Positions 1 through 9,742 of a stretch of 64,000 bases of DNA are shown one piece after another. A program made the translations under genes and the position numbers. The number at the start of each line of letters is the position of its first letter. Within the stretch, counting starts at the first letter, position 1. Origin of the DNA: Steroidobacteraceae bacterium (GTDB taxonomy: Bacteria; Pseudomonadota; Gammaproteobacteria; Steroidobacterales; Steroidobacteraceae); the NCBI GenBank assembly GCA_036267715.1, contig DATAVN010000042.1, positions 16,887 to 80,886 on the forward strand, in the 5' to 3' direction. Under the pieces are notes generated by a model that searched no databases, was not told the DNA's origin, and was given only the letters and a program-made list of their open reading frames with translations.

Positions 1-1
1 T

Positions 2-238
2 TTGGGCGTGCAGATCAATTTGGGCGGGGGCAGCTTCAAAACGCAATTCAAGCGGGCCGACAAGAGCGGCGCGGAGTTTGCCCTGGTGATCGGGGAGGAT
101 GAGGCAGCCCGGGGGGTGGCGGCAATCAAGGCCCTGCGCCGCGAGCTGGCACAGGAGGAATGTCCCGTGGAACGAATCAGTGAACGTATCGGCATCTTAT
201 TGGGTCTCAATGCGGGGAGTGAGAGCAGGCATGGCTGA
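2..238 (+). CDS. hisS: histidine--tRNA ligase, C-terminal (anticodon-binding) fragment; 5' end lies outside the window
   Basis: Translation GVQINLGGGSFKTQFKRADKSGAEFALVIGEDE matches the conserved HisS C-terminus. It is followed by yfgM-bamB-der, as in enterobacterial synteny. Confidence 0.85.
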   Translation: MGVQINLGGGSFKTQFKRADKSGAEFALVIGEDEAARGVAAIKALRRELAQEECPVERISERIGILLGLNAGSESRHG

Positions 239-878
239 AGAATATTTGACTGATGATGAACAACTGGAAGCCGTAAAGCGTGCTTTTACCGAATATGCGC
301 CCTGGATCTTGGGCGGGGTGGTGCTCGGCGTCGGCGGCTGGTTCGGAATTCAATACTACCGATCGCACCAGAATGCGGCCGCGTTGCAGGCTGCCACACA
401 GTTCAGCCAGATGGCCGCTGCGCTGCAGGGCAACGATGCAAAAAAATCGCTGCAGATCGCCGACGGCCTCATCAAGAATTTTCCGGGCTCGCCGTATGCC
501 GACCAGGCACAGCTGGTGATTGCCCGCATCGACGTGGACGGCGGCAAGCCCGCGGATGCCATCGCGCCGCTGACCCTGGTCATGAACGACTCCAAGGACT
601 CAGAGCTCAAACAGGTCGCCCGTTTGAGGCTCGCGCGCGTGTTGATCGACCAGGGCAAGCCCGACGATGCGATCAAAATGCTGGCGGCAGGCACCCCCGG
701 CAGCTTTGCCGGGCGCTATCACGCCGTCCGCGGCGATGCGTTGGTTGCGAAGAAGGACATCGCCGGCGCCGTTGCCGAATACACCGCGGCGCTGGGCTCG
801 AGCGACGGCGGCAACGAAACCGGGCTGCTGCAGCTGAAACTTGCAGACCTTGCCTCGAACGAAAAGGCCAAACCCTGA
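231..878 (+). CDS. yfgM: YfgM-like membrane-anchored TPR protein
   Basis: I chose the internal ATG at 231 (MAEEYLTDDEQLEAVK..). There is one N-terminal TM segment followed by TPR-like repeats. The start overlaps the hisS stop by 8 nt, the stop overlaps the bamB start (TGATG), and the gene sits between hisS and bamB. Confidence 0.7.
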   Translation: MAEEYLTDDEQLEAVKRAFTEYAPWILGGVVLGVGGWFGIQYYRSHQNAAALQAATQFSQMAAALQGNDAKKSLQIADGLIKNFPGSPYADQAQLVIARIDVDGGKPADAIAPLTLVMNDSKDSELKQVARLRLARVLIDQGKPDDAIKMLAAGTPGSFAGRYHAVRGDALVAKKDIAGAVAEYTAALGSSDGGNETGLLQLKLADLASNEKAKP

Positions 879-2200
879 TGCGCTTATTGCTTCCCTTGAG
901 TCTCGCCGCATTGCTCATCGCCGCAGGCTGCAGCAAGGACAAAGACGTTGAGCCGCCGGCGAAGTTGGTGGATTTTCCGACAACGTTGCCGGTTAAGAGG
1001 CTGTGGGAAGATAAAGTGGGCGGCGGCAAGAAGCAGATCAAACTGCGCTTGGGTCTGGGGCCCGCGCTCGATAACGGCATCGTCTTTGCGGCGAATCACA
1101 AGGGTGAAATGCTCGCGGTGTCGCTCGAAACCGGCCGCGAGGTTTGGGTCAAGAAGCTCAAGCTGCCTATTTCCGGCGGCCCTGCCGCGGGATTCGGCAT
1201 CGTCGTGGCGGGCACCAGCAAGGGAAGCGTGATTGCACTGGATGGTGCGACCGGGCGCCAGCTGTGGCGCTCGCAGGTCAATTCCGAGCTGCTCTCCGCC
1301 GCTGCCATCAGTGAGAAAGTCGTGGTGCTGCGCTCGGTCGACGGCCGCCTGCATGGGCTCGATGCGCACAGCGGCAAGGAGTTGTGGTCGGTTGAGCAGC
1401 AGGTGCCGCGCCTGAGCCTGCGCGGCACGGCGACCCCGACCATCGCCAAAGAAGTGGCCATCAGCGGATTCGATAACGGTAAGGTGATGGCCGTCTCGCT
1501 CACCAAAGGCGATACGGTTTGGGACACCGCGCTTGCCTCGCCGCACGGCCGCACGGAGCTCGATCGGCTGGTCGACATCGATTCTGCGGTTCACGTGGTC
1601 GGCGACAATGTATTTGCGGCCGGATTTCAGGGACGCACGGCGATGCTCGCGCTAGACTCCGGACAACTCTGGTGGTCGCACGACATGTCGAGCTATCGCG
1701 GTTTGGCGGTCGATGCCGACAATTTGTACGTCACCCAAACCGACGGAACCGTGGTGGCCATGCGCCAGCGCGACGGCGCCGAGATATGGCGCAATGAAAA
1801 ACTCAAGCGCCGCGGACTGAGCACGCCGATCGTGACCAGCACTGCCATTGCCGTGGCTGACTATCAGGGGTACCTGCATTGGCTCGACAAGGGCACCGGT
1901 GAACTCGTGGCACGGCAGCGCATCTCGAAGCAGCGCGTATCCAATTCGCCAGCCGGCGTGGGCGACACCATTGTGGTTTTGACCGACGGCGGCACCCTGG
2001 CGGCATTCCGCGCCACTCCAAAGGTCTCCCCGCCGCCTGTGGCACCGGCACCGGCTGCGCAGACGCCCGCCCCAACGGCCCCGGCTCCCGTCGCGACACC
2101 CGCGCCTGCGCCGCCCACGACTGCGCCGCCTGCGACTGCGCCACCCGCAACTGCGCCGCCCGCAACTCCGCCACCCGCGCCTGCGACTCCGCCGCCTTAA
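878..2200 (+). CDS. bamB: outer membrane protein assembly factor BamB (PQQ-like beta-propeller lipoprotein) with a Pro/Ala/Thr-rich C-terminal tail
   Basis: Lipobox signal LLIAAGCS, repeated beta-propeller blades, and position between yfgM and der. Confidence 0.9.
   Translation: MRLLLPLSLAALLIAAGCSKDKDVEPPAKLVDFPTTLPVKRLWEDKVGGGKKQIKLRLGLGPALDNGIVFAANHKGEMLAVSLETGREVWVKKLKLPISGGPAAGFGIVVAGTSKGSVIALDGATGRQLWRSQVNSELLSAAAISEKVVVLRSVDGRLHGLDAHSGKELWSVEQQVPRLSLRGTATPTIAKEVAISGFDNGKVMAVSLTKGDTVWDTALASPHGRTELDRLVDIDSAVHVVGDNVFAAGFQGRTAMLALDSGQLWWSHDMSSYRGLAVDADNLYVTQTDGTVVAMRQRDGAEIWRNEKLKRRGLSTPIVTSTAIAVADYQGYLHWLDKGTGELVARQRISKQRVSNSPAGVGDTIVVLTDGGTLAAFRATPKVSPPPVAPAPAAQTPAPTAPAPVATPAPAPPTTAPPATAPPATAPPATPPPAPATPPP
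2117..2176 (+). repeat. 4 x 15-bp tandem repeat encoding (T/A)APPA units in the BamB tail
   Basis: The units acgactgcgccgcct / gcgactgcgccaccc / gcaactgcgccgccc / gcaactccgccaccc are directly visible. Confidence 0.8.
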
Positions 2201-2209
2201 GTCTTAGGT

Positions 2210-3592
2210 ATGCTGCCGGTAGTTGCATTGATCGGCCGCCCGAATGTGGGCAAATCGACCCTGTTCAACGCCATGACAGGCACCCGCGATGCGTTGGTGG
2301 CCGATTTGCCCGGCCTCACGCGCGACCGTCAGTACGGATTTGCGCGTCGCACCGAGGTACCCTGCATCGTGGTCGACACCGGCGGCCTGGTTGAAGATGC
2401 CAATATGATCGAGAGCCTGATGATCGCCCAGACGACGCGCGCGATCAGCGAGGCTGATCGGCTGGTCGTGTTGGTGGATGGACGGGCCGGCATCACGCCG
2501 CAGGACCAATTTGTCGCACAGCTGGCCAGGCGCAGCGGCAAACCGCTCTTCTTGGCGGTCAACAAAACCGAAGGGTTTGACCATGACATGGCCGTGGCTG
2601 ACTTCCACCAACTGGGACTGGGCGAACCCTTGGCGATCTCGGCCGCGCATGATCAGGGGATCATTTCGCTGTTGGAGACCGTGCTCGCCGGGCTGACGCC
2701 GGATCCCGGAGATGGTCCGGAATCGCAGAGCATCAAAGTGGCTGTGATCGGCCGACCGAACGTGGGCAAGAGCACTTTGATCAATCGCCTGCTGGGCGAG
2801 AATCGCATGGTGGCGTTCGATCAACCCGGGACGACGCGTGACGCCGTGCTGGTGCCCTTCGAACGGGATGGCGAGCGCTACACCTTGATCGACACCGCCG
2901 GGGTGCGGCGCCGCTCGCGTGTCGAGGAGGCGGTCGAAAAGTTTAGCGTCATCAAGACGCTGCAGGCGATCGAGACCGCACATGTGGTCATCGTGGTCAT
3001 GGATGCGCACGATACCGTCGCGGAGCAGGATGCGAGCTTGCTGGGCACGGTGGTCGAGCAGGGCCGGGCGCTGGTGCTGGCGGTCAATAAGTGGGACAAC
3101 ATTCCGGCGGAGCAGCGCGATTTGATCCGCCAGCAAATCGAGCAGCGGCTGCAATTTGCGGATTTCGCGCCGCTGCATTTCATTTCCGCGCGGCATGGCA
3201 GCGGTGTCGGCGAACTGTTTGCCTCGGTACGCAAAGTCTACGCCGCCGCGATGCGCGACATGAGCACGCCGGAGCTGACGCGGGTGCTGGAGGCTGCCAT
3301 CGAAAGTCACCAGCCGCCTCTGGTCAGCGGGCGCCGGATCAAGCTGCGCTACGCCCACCAGGGAGGACGCAATCCCCCCGTCGTGGTGATTCACGGCAAC
3401 CAGACGGACCATGTGCCGGATGCCTACCGGCGCTATTTGGTGAACGTTTACCGCAAAGCGTTCGATTTGACGGGCACTCCGGTCCGGGTCGCCTTTCGCG
3501 GCGATGAAAACCCGTTCGCCGGCAAGCGCAATCCGCTCACACCCCGGCAAGTCCGCAAACGCAAACGGCTGATCCAACGCAATAAGCGGTAA
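2210..3592 (+). CDS. der: ribosome-associated GTPase Der/EngA (double GTPase domain)
   Basis: Two P-loops (GRPNVGKST twice), DTAG/DTGG and NKxD motifs, and a basic KH-like C-terminus. Confidence 0.95.
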   Translation: MLPVVALIGRPNVGKSTLFNAMTGTRDALVADLPGLTRDRQYGFARRTEVPCIVVDTGGLVEDANMIESLMIAQTTRAISEADRLVVLVDGRAGITPQDQFVAQLARRSGKPLFLAVNKTEGFDHDMAVADFHQLGLGEPLAISAAHDQGIISLLETVLAGLTPDPGDGPESQSIKVAVIGRPNVGKSTLINRLLGENRMVAFDQPGTTRDAVLVPFERDGERYTLIDTAGVRRRSRVEEAVEKFSVIKTLQAIETAHVVIVVMDAHDTVAEQDASLLGTVVEQGRALVLAVNKWDNIPAEQRDLIRQQIEQRLQFADFAPLHFISARHGSGVGELFASVRKVYAAAMRDMSTPELTRVLEAAIESHQPPLVSGRRIKLRYAHQGGRNPPVVVIHGNQTDHVPDAYRRYLVNVYRKAFDLTGTPVRVAFRGDENPFAGKRNPLTPRQVRKRKRLIQRNKR

Positions 3593-3624
3593 TATCCGGG
3601 CTGCGGTACCACGGGGGGTGGTTT

Positions 3625-6600
3625 TTGCGGCAATTCCACAAAACCAAGACGTTTCGCATCCTGGCGGTTGTCGTGCTGCTGATCGGGTTGTATGCGCTCG
3701 CGGGCTTCTGGTTGGCTCCGAAGCTGGTGCGCAACACGATGCTGCAGCAGATCCCGAAAACTCTGGTGGGCGTCACCCCGTCCATTGGCGACATACATAT
3801 CAATCCCTTCCTGCTGCAGGTGGAGATCGAGGATTTCTTGCTGACCGGCCCGCAGAACACGAAACTGGTGGGGTTCCAGCGATTATTCGTCGATTTCGAA
3901 GTCTCCTCGCTCTGGCATCGGGCCTATACCTTCAGAAATATCGACATCGCCGCACCATTCGCCAACGCCGTCATATTCAAGGACGGACGACTGAATCTGG
4001 CGCAACTCAGTCCCAAGGCGCCCGACAAGCCGCAACCCAAGAGCGACGAGCCGATTCCCGCGCTGCGGATTGGTTCCTTCAAAGTGACTCAAGGCTTCCT
4101 GTCGTTCGACGATCGGCGCAGGCCGTCGGATTTTGCAACACGTTTGGAGCCGATCAATTTTGAGCTGCAGAATTTCAGCACCGGCATTGACGGCGGCCGG
4201 TTCACTTTTACCGGCATGTCCAAACTCGGCGAGCGGATCGATTGGCACGGGCATGTCGCGGTCCAGCCGATCGAGTCCGACGGCGAGCTGCGGATCACGG
4301 GTCTGCAGGCGCACACCATCTGGAGCTATCTGGAAGATCAGCTGAGCTTTCTGGTCAATACCGGCAAGATCGACCTGGCCGCGACCTATCAGTTCTCGCT
4401 GCGGGACACTGTCGATCTGAAGGTCAATGTCTCGAAGGTCGCTGTGACCGATCTGGCGGTGAGGCCGAAAGATTCGCAGATCGATTGGATCACGGTGCCG
4501 GAATTGCTGCTGAGCGGCACCACGATGGATCTTAGGAGCCGCGAGGCGCATAGCGACTCCCTCGTCATCTCGGGCGTGAAGCTCGTGAGTTGGTTGGAGC
4601 CGGACGGGTCGCTCAATCTGCTCAAGCTGGCCGCGGCGCCCGGCGCCGCCACCATGCCGGGCACCACAGCGCCCGGCGCCGCCACCATGGCGGGCACCAC
4701 AGCGCCCGGCGCCACCACCATGGCGGGCACCGTTGCGCCGCCGTCCCCGACCGTGACTCGAGGCCCCGCCGCCGCGGCGGGTCCTGACTGGAAATTCGAG
4801 CTGGGCGAATTTGCCCTCCGCAATGCCAGCATTTCAGCCGAGGATCGGCGCACCAAACCGAACGCGAAGGTGCTGCTCTCACCGCTGTCCATCAAAGTGA
4901 GCGGCGCCAGCCTGAACCTTGCCAAGCCGCTCGCGGTCAGCTTCGATACGAAGATCGACGAGGCGGGCAGCCTCAGCGCGGTGGGAACCGTCACGCCGCA
5001 ACCCCTGGCCGCGGATATCAAGGTGAAACTTGCCGGCATCGAGCTGGCCGCGGCTCAACCCTACATTGCCCAGTACACCTCGATGACGCTGCTTGCGGGC
5101 AGCTTGAGCGGCGATGGCACGGTGAAGTACGGCGCGCAAAAACCGGCGCTGCAATTCAACGGAAACCTGAGCTTCGCGAAATTGCACACGGTCGACAATG
5201 CCTTGCACGAGGACTTCATCAACTGGGATAGGCTCGACATTCAGGGACTGAACTTTCAACACGATCCCGATCGCCTCGACATCGACCAGATTGCCGCACG
5301 CAAGCTGTATGCGCGGGTCATGGTTGAACCCGATGAATCGATCAACGTGAAGCGAGTTTTGGCGGGGCCGGGCGCCACCGTGGTTGCGCCGAGCGGCAAC
5401 TCGGGCCCTCCCGTCAGCTCCACCGCTGCCCGCGCGCCGGCGCCGGCGCCGCCGCGGCCTCGGCCGCGGCCGCACAAAGGCCGCAAGGGCAGACCCGCCG
5501 CCGCACCCGTCGCCACCGTGGCTGCCTCCGCGGCACCGGTGATGCCGATTTCCATCAAAAAGATCATCCTCAAGTCGAGCCAGGCCAATTTTGCAGACCT
5601 GTCGGTGACGCCGAACTTCGCGACCGGTATTCAGAATCTCGAAGGCAGCGTACTCGGATTGTCCTCGAAGGAGAATTCCCGTGCGAAAGTCGACTTGCAC
5701 GGATCGGTGGACGCTTTCGCGCCCGTGTCCATCACCGGCGAGGTCAACGTGCTGAGTGCGGCGCTGTACACCGATCTGGCGATGAGCTTCCGGAATATCG
5801 AGCTCAGCACCTTCAATCCATATTCCGGCAAATTTGCCGGCTACAACATCAGCAAGGGCAAGTTGACCACCGAGCTGCACTACAAGGTCATCGGGCGAAA
5901 GCTGGACGCGCAGCACCACATCACCGTCGATCAGCTTGAGTTCGGCGCGAAGACCGAGAGCAAAGACGCGGTTTCTCTGCCCGTCAAATTGGCGGTGGCG
6001 CTGTTGAAGGATCGCAACGGCGTGATCGATCTGAACCTGCCGATCACCGGTTCGCTCGACGATCCGAAATTCAAACTCGGGCCGATCATCTGGAAGGTGT
6101 TCGTGAACATCCTCGAGAAGGCGGTCACGGCTCCGTTCGCCCTGTTGGGCTCGTTGTTCGGCGGCGGACCGGATCTGCAGTTCGTCGATTTTGACCCGGG
6201 CGCGGCCGATCTGGATCCGGTCGCAGTAGGCAAGGCGCAAACCATCGTCAAGGCGCTGAACGCGCGGCCGCAGCTCAAGCTCGAGATTCCCATTGCGGCC
6301 GCCGGCGATCTCGATCGGCCGCGTCTTGCAGAAGCGAAATTCAAAGCGCAGCTCGATGAAGTGCAGGCCGCCAGCCGCAAGAAGCCCTCCGCCGGTGCAA
6401 CTGATTTTGCACAGCTGGATGCCGGCGCTCAGCTCGATCTGTTGACGAAGTTGTACGCCAAAAATTTTGGCGCCGATCCGAAATTCCCCGACGCGATCGA
6501 CGCGCTCAAGAGCAAGCAGGAAAAGATTGCGGCAAAGGACCAATTTATCAACAACGAGTTGCACCAGCACATTACCGTGAGCGACGCCGAGCTCACGGCC

Positions 6601-6741
6601 TTGGGGCAGCAGCGCGCGATGAATCTGCAGCAGGCATTGCTCACCGGTACGCAAATCGATCCGCAACGGGTCTATCTGGTGGTCAACGACAAGGCGAAGA
6701 GCCAGGATGGCCGGGTTCGTCTGGAATTGTCGCTGCGCTGA
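3625..6741 (+). CDS. DUF748 domain-containing large membrane-anchored protein (AsmA-like)
   Basis: TTG start, N-terminal TM segment, and the C-terminal signature DRNGVIDLNLPITGSLDDPKFKLGPIIWKVFVNIL typical of DUF748. The protein is 1038 aa. Confidence 0.7.
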   Translation: MRQFHKTKTFRILAVVVLLIGLYALAGFWLAPKLVRNTMLQQIPKTLVGVTPSIGDIHINPFLLQVEIEDFLLTGPQNTKLVGFQRLFVDFEVSSLWHRAYTFRNIDIAAPFANAVIFKDGRLNLAQLSPKAPDKPQPKSDEPIPALRIGSFKVTQGFLSFDDRRRPSDFATRLEPINFELQNFSTGIDGGRFTFTGMSKLGERIDWHGHVAVQPIESDGELRITGLQAHTIWSYLEDQLSFLVNTGKIDLAATYQFSLRDTVDLKVNVSKVAVTDLAVRPKDSQIDWITVPELLLSGTTMDLRSREAHSDSLVISGVKLVSWLEPDGSLNLLKLAAAPGAATMPGTTAPGAATMAGTTAPGATTMAGTVAPPSPTVTRGPAAAAGPDWKFELGEFALRNASISAEDRRTKPNAKVLLSPLSIKVSGASLNLAKPLAVSFDTKIDEAGSLSAVGTVTPQPLAADIKVKLAGIELAAAQPYIAQYTSMTLLAGSLSGDGTVKYGAQKPALQFNGNLSFAKLHTVDNALHEDFINWDRLDIQGLNFQHDPDRLDIDQIAARKLYARVMVEPDESINVKRVLAGPGATVVAPSGNSGPPVSSTAARAPAPAPPRPRPRPHKGRKGRPAAAPVATVAASAAPVMPISIKKIILKSSQANFADLSVTPNFATGIQNLEGSVLGLSSKENSRAKVDLHGSVDAFAPVSITGEVNVLSAALYTDLAMSFRNIELSTFNPYSGKFAGYNISKGKLTTELHYKVIGRKLDAQHHITVDQLEFGAKTESKDAVSLPVKLAVALLKDRNGVIDLNLPITGSLDDPKFKLGPIIWKVFVNILEKAVTAPFALLGSLFGGGPDLQFVDFDPGAADLDPVAVGKAQTIVKALNARPQLKLEIPIAAAGDLDRPRLAEAKFKAQLDEVQAASRKKPSAGATDFAQLDAGAQLDLLTKLYAKNFGADPKFPDAIDALKSKQEKIAAKDQFINNELHQHITVSDAELTALGQQRAMNLQQALLTGTQIDPQRVYLVVNDKAKSQDGRVRLELSLR
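4636..4734 (+). repeat. 3 x 33-bp in-frame tandem repeat (APGAATM[P/A]GTT) inside the DUF748 gene
   Basis: The unit gcgcccggcgccgccaccatgScgggcaccaca is repeated three times with 1-3 substitutions. Confidence 0.85.
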
Positions 6742-6756
6742 AGCCTTTGGCGGGGC

Positions 6757-6790
6757 CACTGCCATGATGCGCGCACTGCCATGATGCGCG
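6757..6790. repeat. perfect 2 x 17-bp tandem repeat (cactgccatgatgcgcg) in the amtB upstream region
   Basis: Directly visible. Each unit contains GCGCA-N9-TGCGC dyad symmetry across the junction. Confidence 0.8.
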
Positions 6791-6884
6791 CGCTGCAGAG
6801 CGGCGCCCTGGGTCGGTGCAAACCGACGTGGCCTGAGCGTACGCTGCACCCTTAAGCTGCTGATCCCGCTCGATACTTCCGCGC

Positions 6885-6900
6885 TGGCACAAGCGGTGCT
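6885..6900 (+). promoter_or_regulatory. sigma54 (-24/-12) promoter candidate for amtB
   Basis: TGGCAC-aagcg-GTGCT has GG and GC 12 nt apart, as in the TGGCAC-N5-TTGC consensus. It lies 40 nt upstream of the amtB ATG. Confidence 0.6.
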
Positions 6901-6939
6901 TTCCGCCGTCTCGGCGGTGCCATTTAAGCTACGGGGGAT

Positions 6940-8274
6940 ATGATGAGGAAACTGCCGACGCTGGCTGGTCTTGCGCTGTGCACGCTGGCGATGCCGGCAG
7001 CCTGGGGAGACGGTGCGCCGACCGCGCCGCTGCTGGTCAGCACGGACAAGATCAGCGCCGGCGACACGGCCTGGATGCTCACTGCGACCGCGCTGGTGCT
7101 GATGATGTCGATACCCGGCCTGGCGCTGTTCTATGGCGGCATGGTGCGTAAAAAGAACGTCCTGGCCACGCTGATGCAAACCTTTGCGATAGTGTGCGTC
7201 GTGACCATCCTTTGGTGGCTGGTCGGATATTCCTGGGCCTTTACGCCCGGCGGCAAATTTCTCGGCGGCGTCAGCCGCGCGCTGTTCAACGGCATGACAT
7301 TCATGCATGAGCCGGTCAACAAGCTGTCGGTTTCGCATTTGGCGCTCACCATTCCTGAAACCGTGTATGCGATGTTCCAGTTGACCTTCGCCATCATTAC
7401 GCCTGCCCTGATCGCCGGCGCCTTCGCGGATCGCATGAAATTCTCCGCCATGCTGGTGTTCATGGCAGCGTGGTCTTTGCTGGTGTACGCACCCATCGCC
7501 CACATGGTGTGGGAGCCGAGCGGCTGGCTGAATGCCGCCGGTATTCTGGATTACGCCGGCGGCACAGTCGTGCACATCAACGCAGGCATGGCGGGCCTCG
7601 CGAGCTGCATCGTGCTCGGCAAGCGGCTGGGTTACGGCCGCGAAAGAATGCCGCCCCACAATTTGACGTTGACACTCTTGGGCGCGTCGCTCCTATGGGT
7701 GGGTTGGTTTGGTTTCAACGCCGGTTCCGCAGGGGCCGCGGACGGGCGCGCCGGTATGGCAATGCTCGTGACGCAATTGGCGACCGCGGCCGCCGCGTTG
7801 AGTTGGATGTGCGGGGAATGGGTCAGCAAGGGCAAGCCAAGCGTTCTCGGCATTGCCTCCGGAGCTGTGGCGGGCCTGGTGGCGATCACGCCTGCCTCGG
7901 GCTTTGTCGGCCCAACGCCAGCCGTCGTCATCGGCCTGGTGGCGGGCGTCGTGTGCTTCGTTGCGGCGACCTCGCTGAAGCATTGGCTTGGATACGACGA
8001 TTCCCTGGATGCATTCGGCGTGCACGGCATCGGCGGTATCGTCGGCGCGCTGCTGACCGGTATCTTTGTCAGCAAGGAGATCAGCGGTATCGAAAATCCG
8101 ATGGCCATGCAGTTCTTGATACAGCTCAAGGGCGTGGCGGTGACGGTCATCTATGGATTCACCGCCAGCTTCATCATTCTGAAGGTCATCGATATGGCCA
8201 TCGGGTTGCGCGTAACCGAGGAGCAGGAACGCGAGGGCCTGGATATTTCGTTGCATGGGGAGAGCATCGAGTAG
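6940..8274 (+). CDS. amtB: ammonium transporter (Amt family) with signal peptide
   Basis: Typical Amt sequence (DTAWMLTATALVLMM.PGLALFYGG, VVHINAGMAGL, GVHGIGGIVGALLTG). Confidence 0.92.
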   Translation: MMRKLPTLAGLALCTLAMPAAWGDGAPTAPLLVSTDKISAGDTAWMLTATALVLMMSIPGLALFYGGMVRKKNVLATLMQTFAIVCVVTILWWLVGYSWAFTPGGKFLGGVSRALFNGMTFMHEPVNKLSVSHLALTIPETVYAMFQLTFAIITPALIAGAFADRMKFSAMLVFMAAWSLLVYAPIAHMVWEPSGWLNAAGILDYAGGTVVHINAGMAGLASCIVLGKRLGYGRERMPPHNLTLTLLGASLLWVGWFGFNAGSAGAADGRAGMAMLVTQLATAAAALSWMCGEWVSKGKPSVLGIASGAVAGLVAITPASGFVGPTPAVVIGLVAGVVCFVAATSLKHWLGYDDSLDAFGVHGIGGIVGALLTGIFVSKEISGIENPMAMQFLIQLKGVAVTVIYGFTASFIILKVIDMAIGLRVTEEQEREGLDISLHGESIE

Positions 8275-8283
8275 CAATCGCCG

Positions 8284-8301
8284 ACGCCCGAGGATGGGCG
8301 T
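8284..8301 (+). terminator. hairpin after amtB (ACGCCC-gaggat-GGGCGT), with no U-tract
   Basis: A 6-bp GC-rich stem lies 10 nt after the stop codon. Confidence 0.3.
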
Positions 8302-8328
8302 AAACTAACGCCAAACAAGGAGCGCTTC

Positions 8329-9120
8329 TTGCCCATCCTCGACGTAATCGTCATTGCGCTGGTTGTGATCGTCTTATCGGGATTGCGCGTGGCGCAGGAG
8401 TACGAACGCGGCGTCGTATTTCGATTGGGGCGCTACAGAGGTCTGCGCGGGCCTGGACTGTACTGGATCATTCCTCTGGGCGTGGAGCGCTCGGTGCGAG
8501 TCGACATCCGCACGCGCACGGTCTCCGCGGAGCAACAGGAAACGATCACCCGCGACAGCGTGACCATCAAGGTCAACGCCGTGCTGTGGTATCGAATCAC
8601 CGATGCAGCAAAAGCGGTCATCGCCGTGGCCGACGCCCCGGCGGCCGTATATCAACTCGCCCTGACAGGCCTGCGCAATATCATCGGACAGCACGACCTG
8701 GATGAAATTCTGCAGGAGCGCAACAAGATCAACGCGCTGCTGACCGATAGTATTTCCGGCGCCACCATGGCCTGGGGACTCGAGGTTCAGCGCTTCGAAA
8801 TGAAAGACGTCGAATTGCCCAAGGCCATGCAGCAAGTGATGGCGATGCAGGCCGAGGCCATCCGTGAGAAGCGCGCGCGCATCATCAAGGCCGAGGCGGA
8901 GCTGGAGGCGTCGGTGAAGCTGTCGGCGGCCGCGGCGCAGATCACGGCGAATCCTGCCGCGCTGGAGCTGCGGCGCATGCAGATGATTTCCGAAGTGGGC
9001 GCCGAGAACAACAGCACCACGGTGCTGATGATCCCGTCGGATTTCGTTTCCTTGGCGCATACCCTGAACGAGTTTCTCGCGCGCCAACGGCCTGCGAAAA
9101 CAGCGGCGGACCATGAGTAG
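8329..9120 (+). CDS. SPFH/band-7 (stomatin-like) family protein
   Basis: TTG start 6 nt after AAGGAG. N-terminal TM segment plus a band-7 core (YERGVVFRLGRY.., TRDSVTIKVNAVLWYRI). Confidence 0.85.
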   Translation: MPILDVIVIALVVIVLSGLRVAQEYERGVVFRLGRYRGLRGPGLYWIIPLGVERSVRVDIRTRTVSAEQQETITRDSVTIKVNAVLWYRITDAAKAVIAVADAPAAVYQLALTGLRNIIGQHDLDEILQERNKINALLTDSISGATMAWGLEVQRFEMKDVELPKAMQQVMAMQAEAIREKRARIIKAEAELEASVKLSAAAAQITANPAALELRRMQMISEVGAENNSTTVLMIPSDFVSLAHTLNEFLARQRPAKTAADHE

Positions 9121-9221
9121 GCGGAATCACCGCGGCCGCGAGGTGTCCACACCGCCTGCGCAGTAGGCCCGGCCCGAAGCGTCCGCTTTTTGCGACATCC
9201 GGGGTTTCAGGAAGTTTGCAG

Positions 9222-9233
9222 CGAAACGTTTCG
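9222..9233. promoter_or_regulatory. perfect 12-bp palindrome CGAAACGTTTCG upstream of the bactofilin genes
   Basis: Self-complementary sequence 85 nt upstream of the 9318 start. Function unknown. Confidence 0.25.
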
Positions 9234-9317
9234 TGATCAAGGTCTCATTTTCGGACCGATTATGCCAGGTACTCTTTGCCTGCCTTCTCGACCATCTGAG
9301 CCTACGGAGTAAACCGC

Positions 9318-9740
9318 ATGAGCAATCCCTACAACAGCGCGACCGAACGAGCATCAGTGCTGGGCCCGACCCTGTTTTTCAAAGGCGATTTGACCGCTGA
9401 AGAGGACCTGTTGATTCAGGGCCGCGTGGAAGGATCAATCACCCACACCCAGCGTCTTACGGTCGGCGCCCAGGGCACGGTGAAGGCCAATATCAAGGCC
9501 CAGCTCATCATCGTCGAGGGTACGGTGGATGGCGATCTGCAGGCTGAAAAATCGGTCTTCGTCAAAGAGACCGCAAAGGTGTGCGGAAACATTTATTCCC
9601 CCACGGTCAGCATTACCGAAGGCGCCAATTTCAGCGGCAGCATCGACATGGACGGCAAGAAAGCCGGCCAGCAATCCGGCCAGCAATCCGGCAAGTTCGA
9701 TCCCGTGCGTGCACCCAAGTCCGCCGGCAGCGCCGCCTGA
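9318..9740 (+). CDS. bactofilin (polymer-forming cytoskeletal protein, DUF583)
   Basis: Beta-helix core: FKGDLTAEEDLLIQGRVEGSITHTQRLTVGAQGTVKANIKAQLIIVEGTVDGDL.. Confidence 0.85.
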   Translation: MSNPYNSATERASVLGPTLFFKGDLTAEEDLLIQGRVEGSITHTQRLTVGAQGTVKANIKAQLIIVEGTVDGDLQAEKSVFVKETAKVCGNIYSPTVSITEGANFSGSIDMDGKKAGQQSGQQSGKFDPVRAPKSAGSAA

Positions 9741-9742
9741 CA

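Noticed and set aside
2204-3577. 457-aa minus-strand ORF opposite der; similarly 12167-13792 opposite guaB, 884-1594 opposite bamB and 14761-15537 opposite guaA
   Set aside because: These are mirror-frame artefacts of highly conserved genes in GC-rich sequence.
4879-7659. 926-aa ORF on the minus strand spanning the DUF748 gene, the intergenic region and amtB
   Set aside because: It is antisense to two well-supported genes. Its Arg/Gly/Ala-rich composition is typical of spurious open frames in high-GC DNA, and I recognise no domain.
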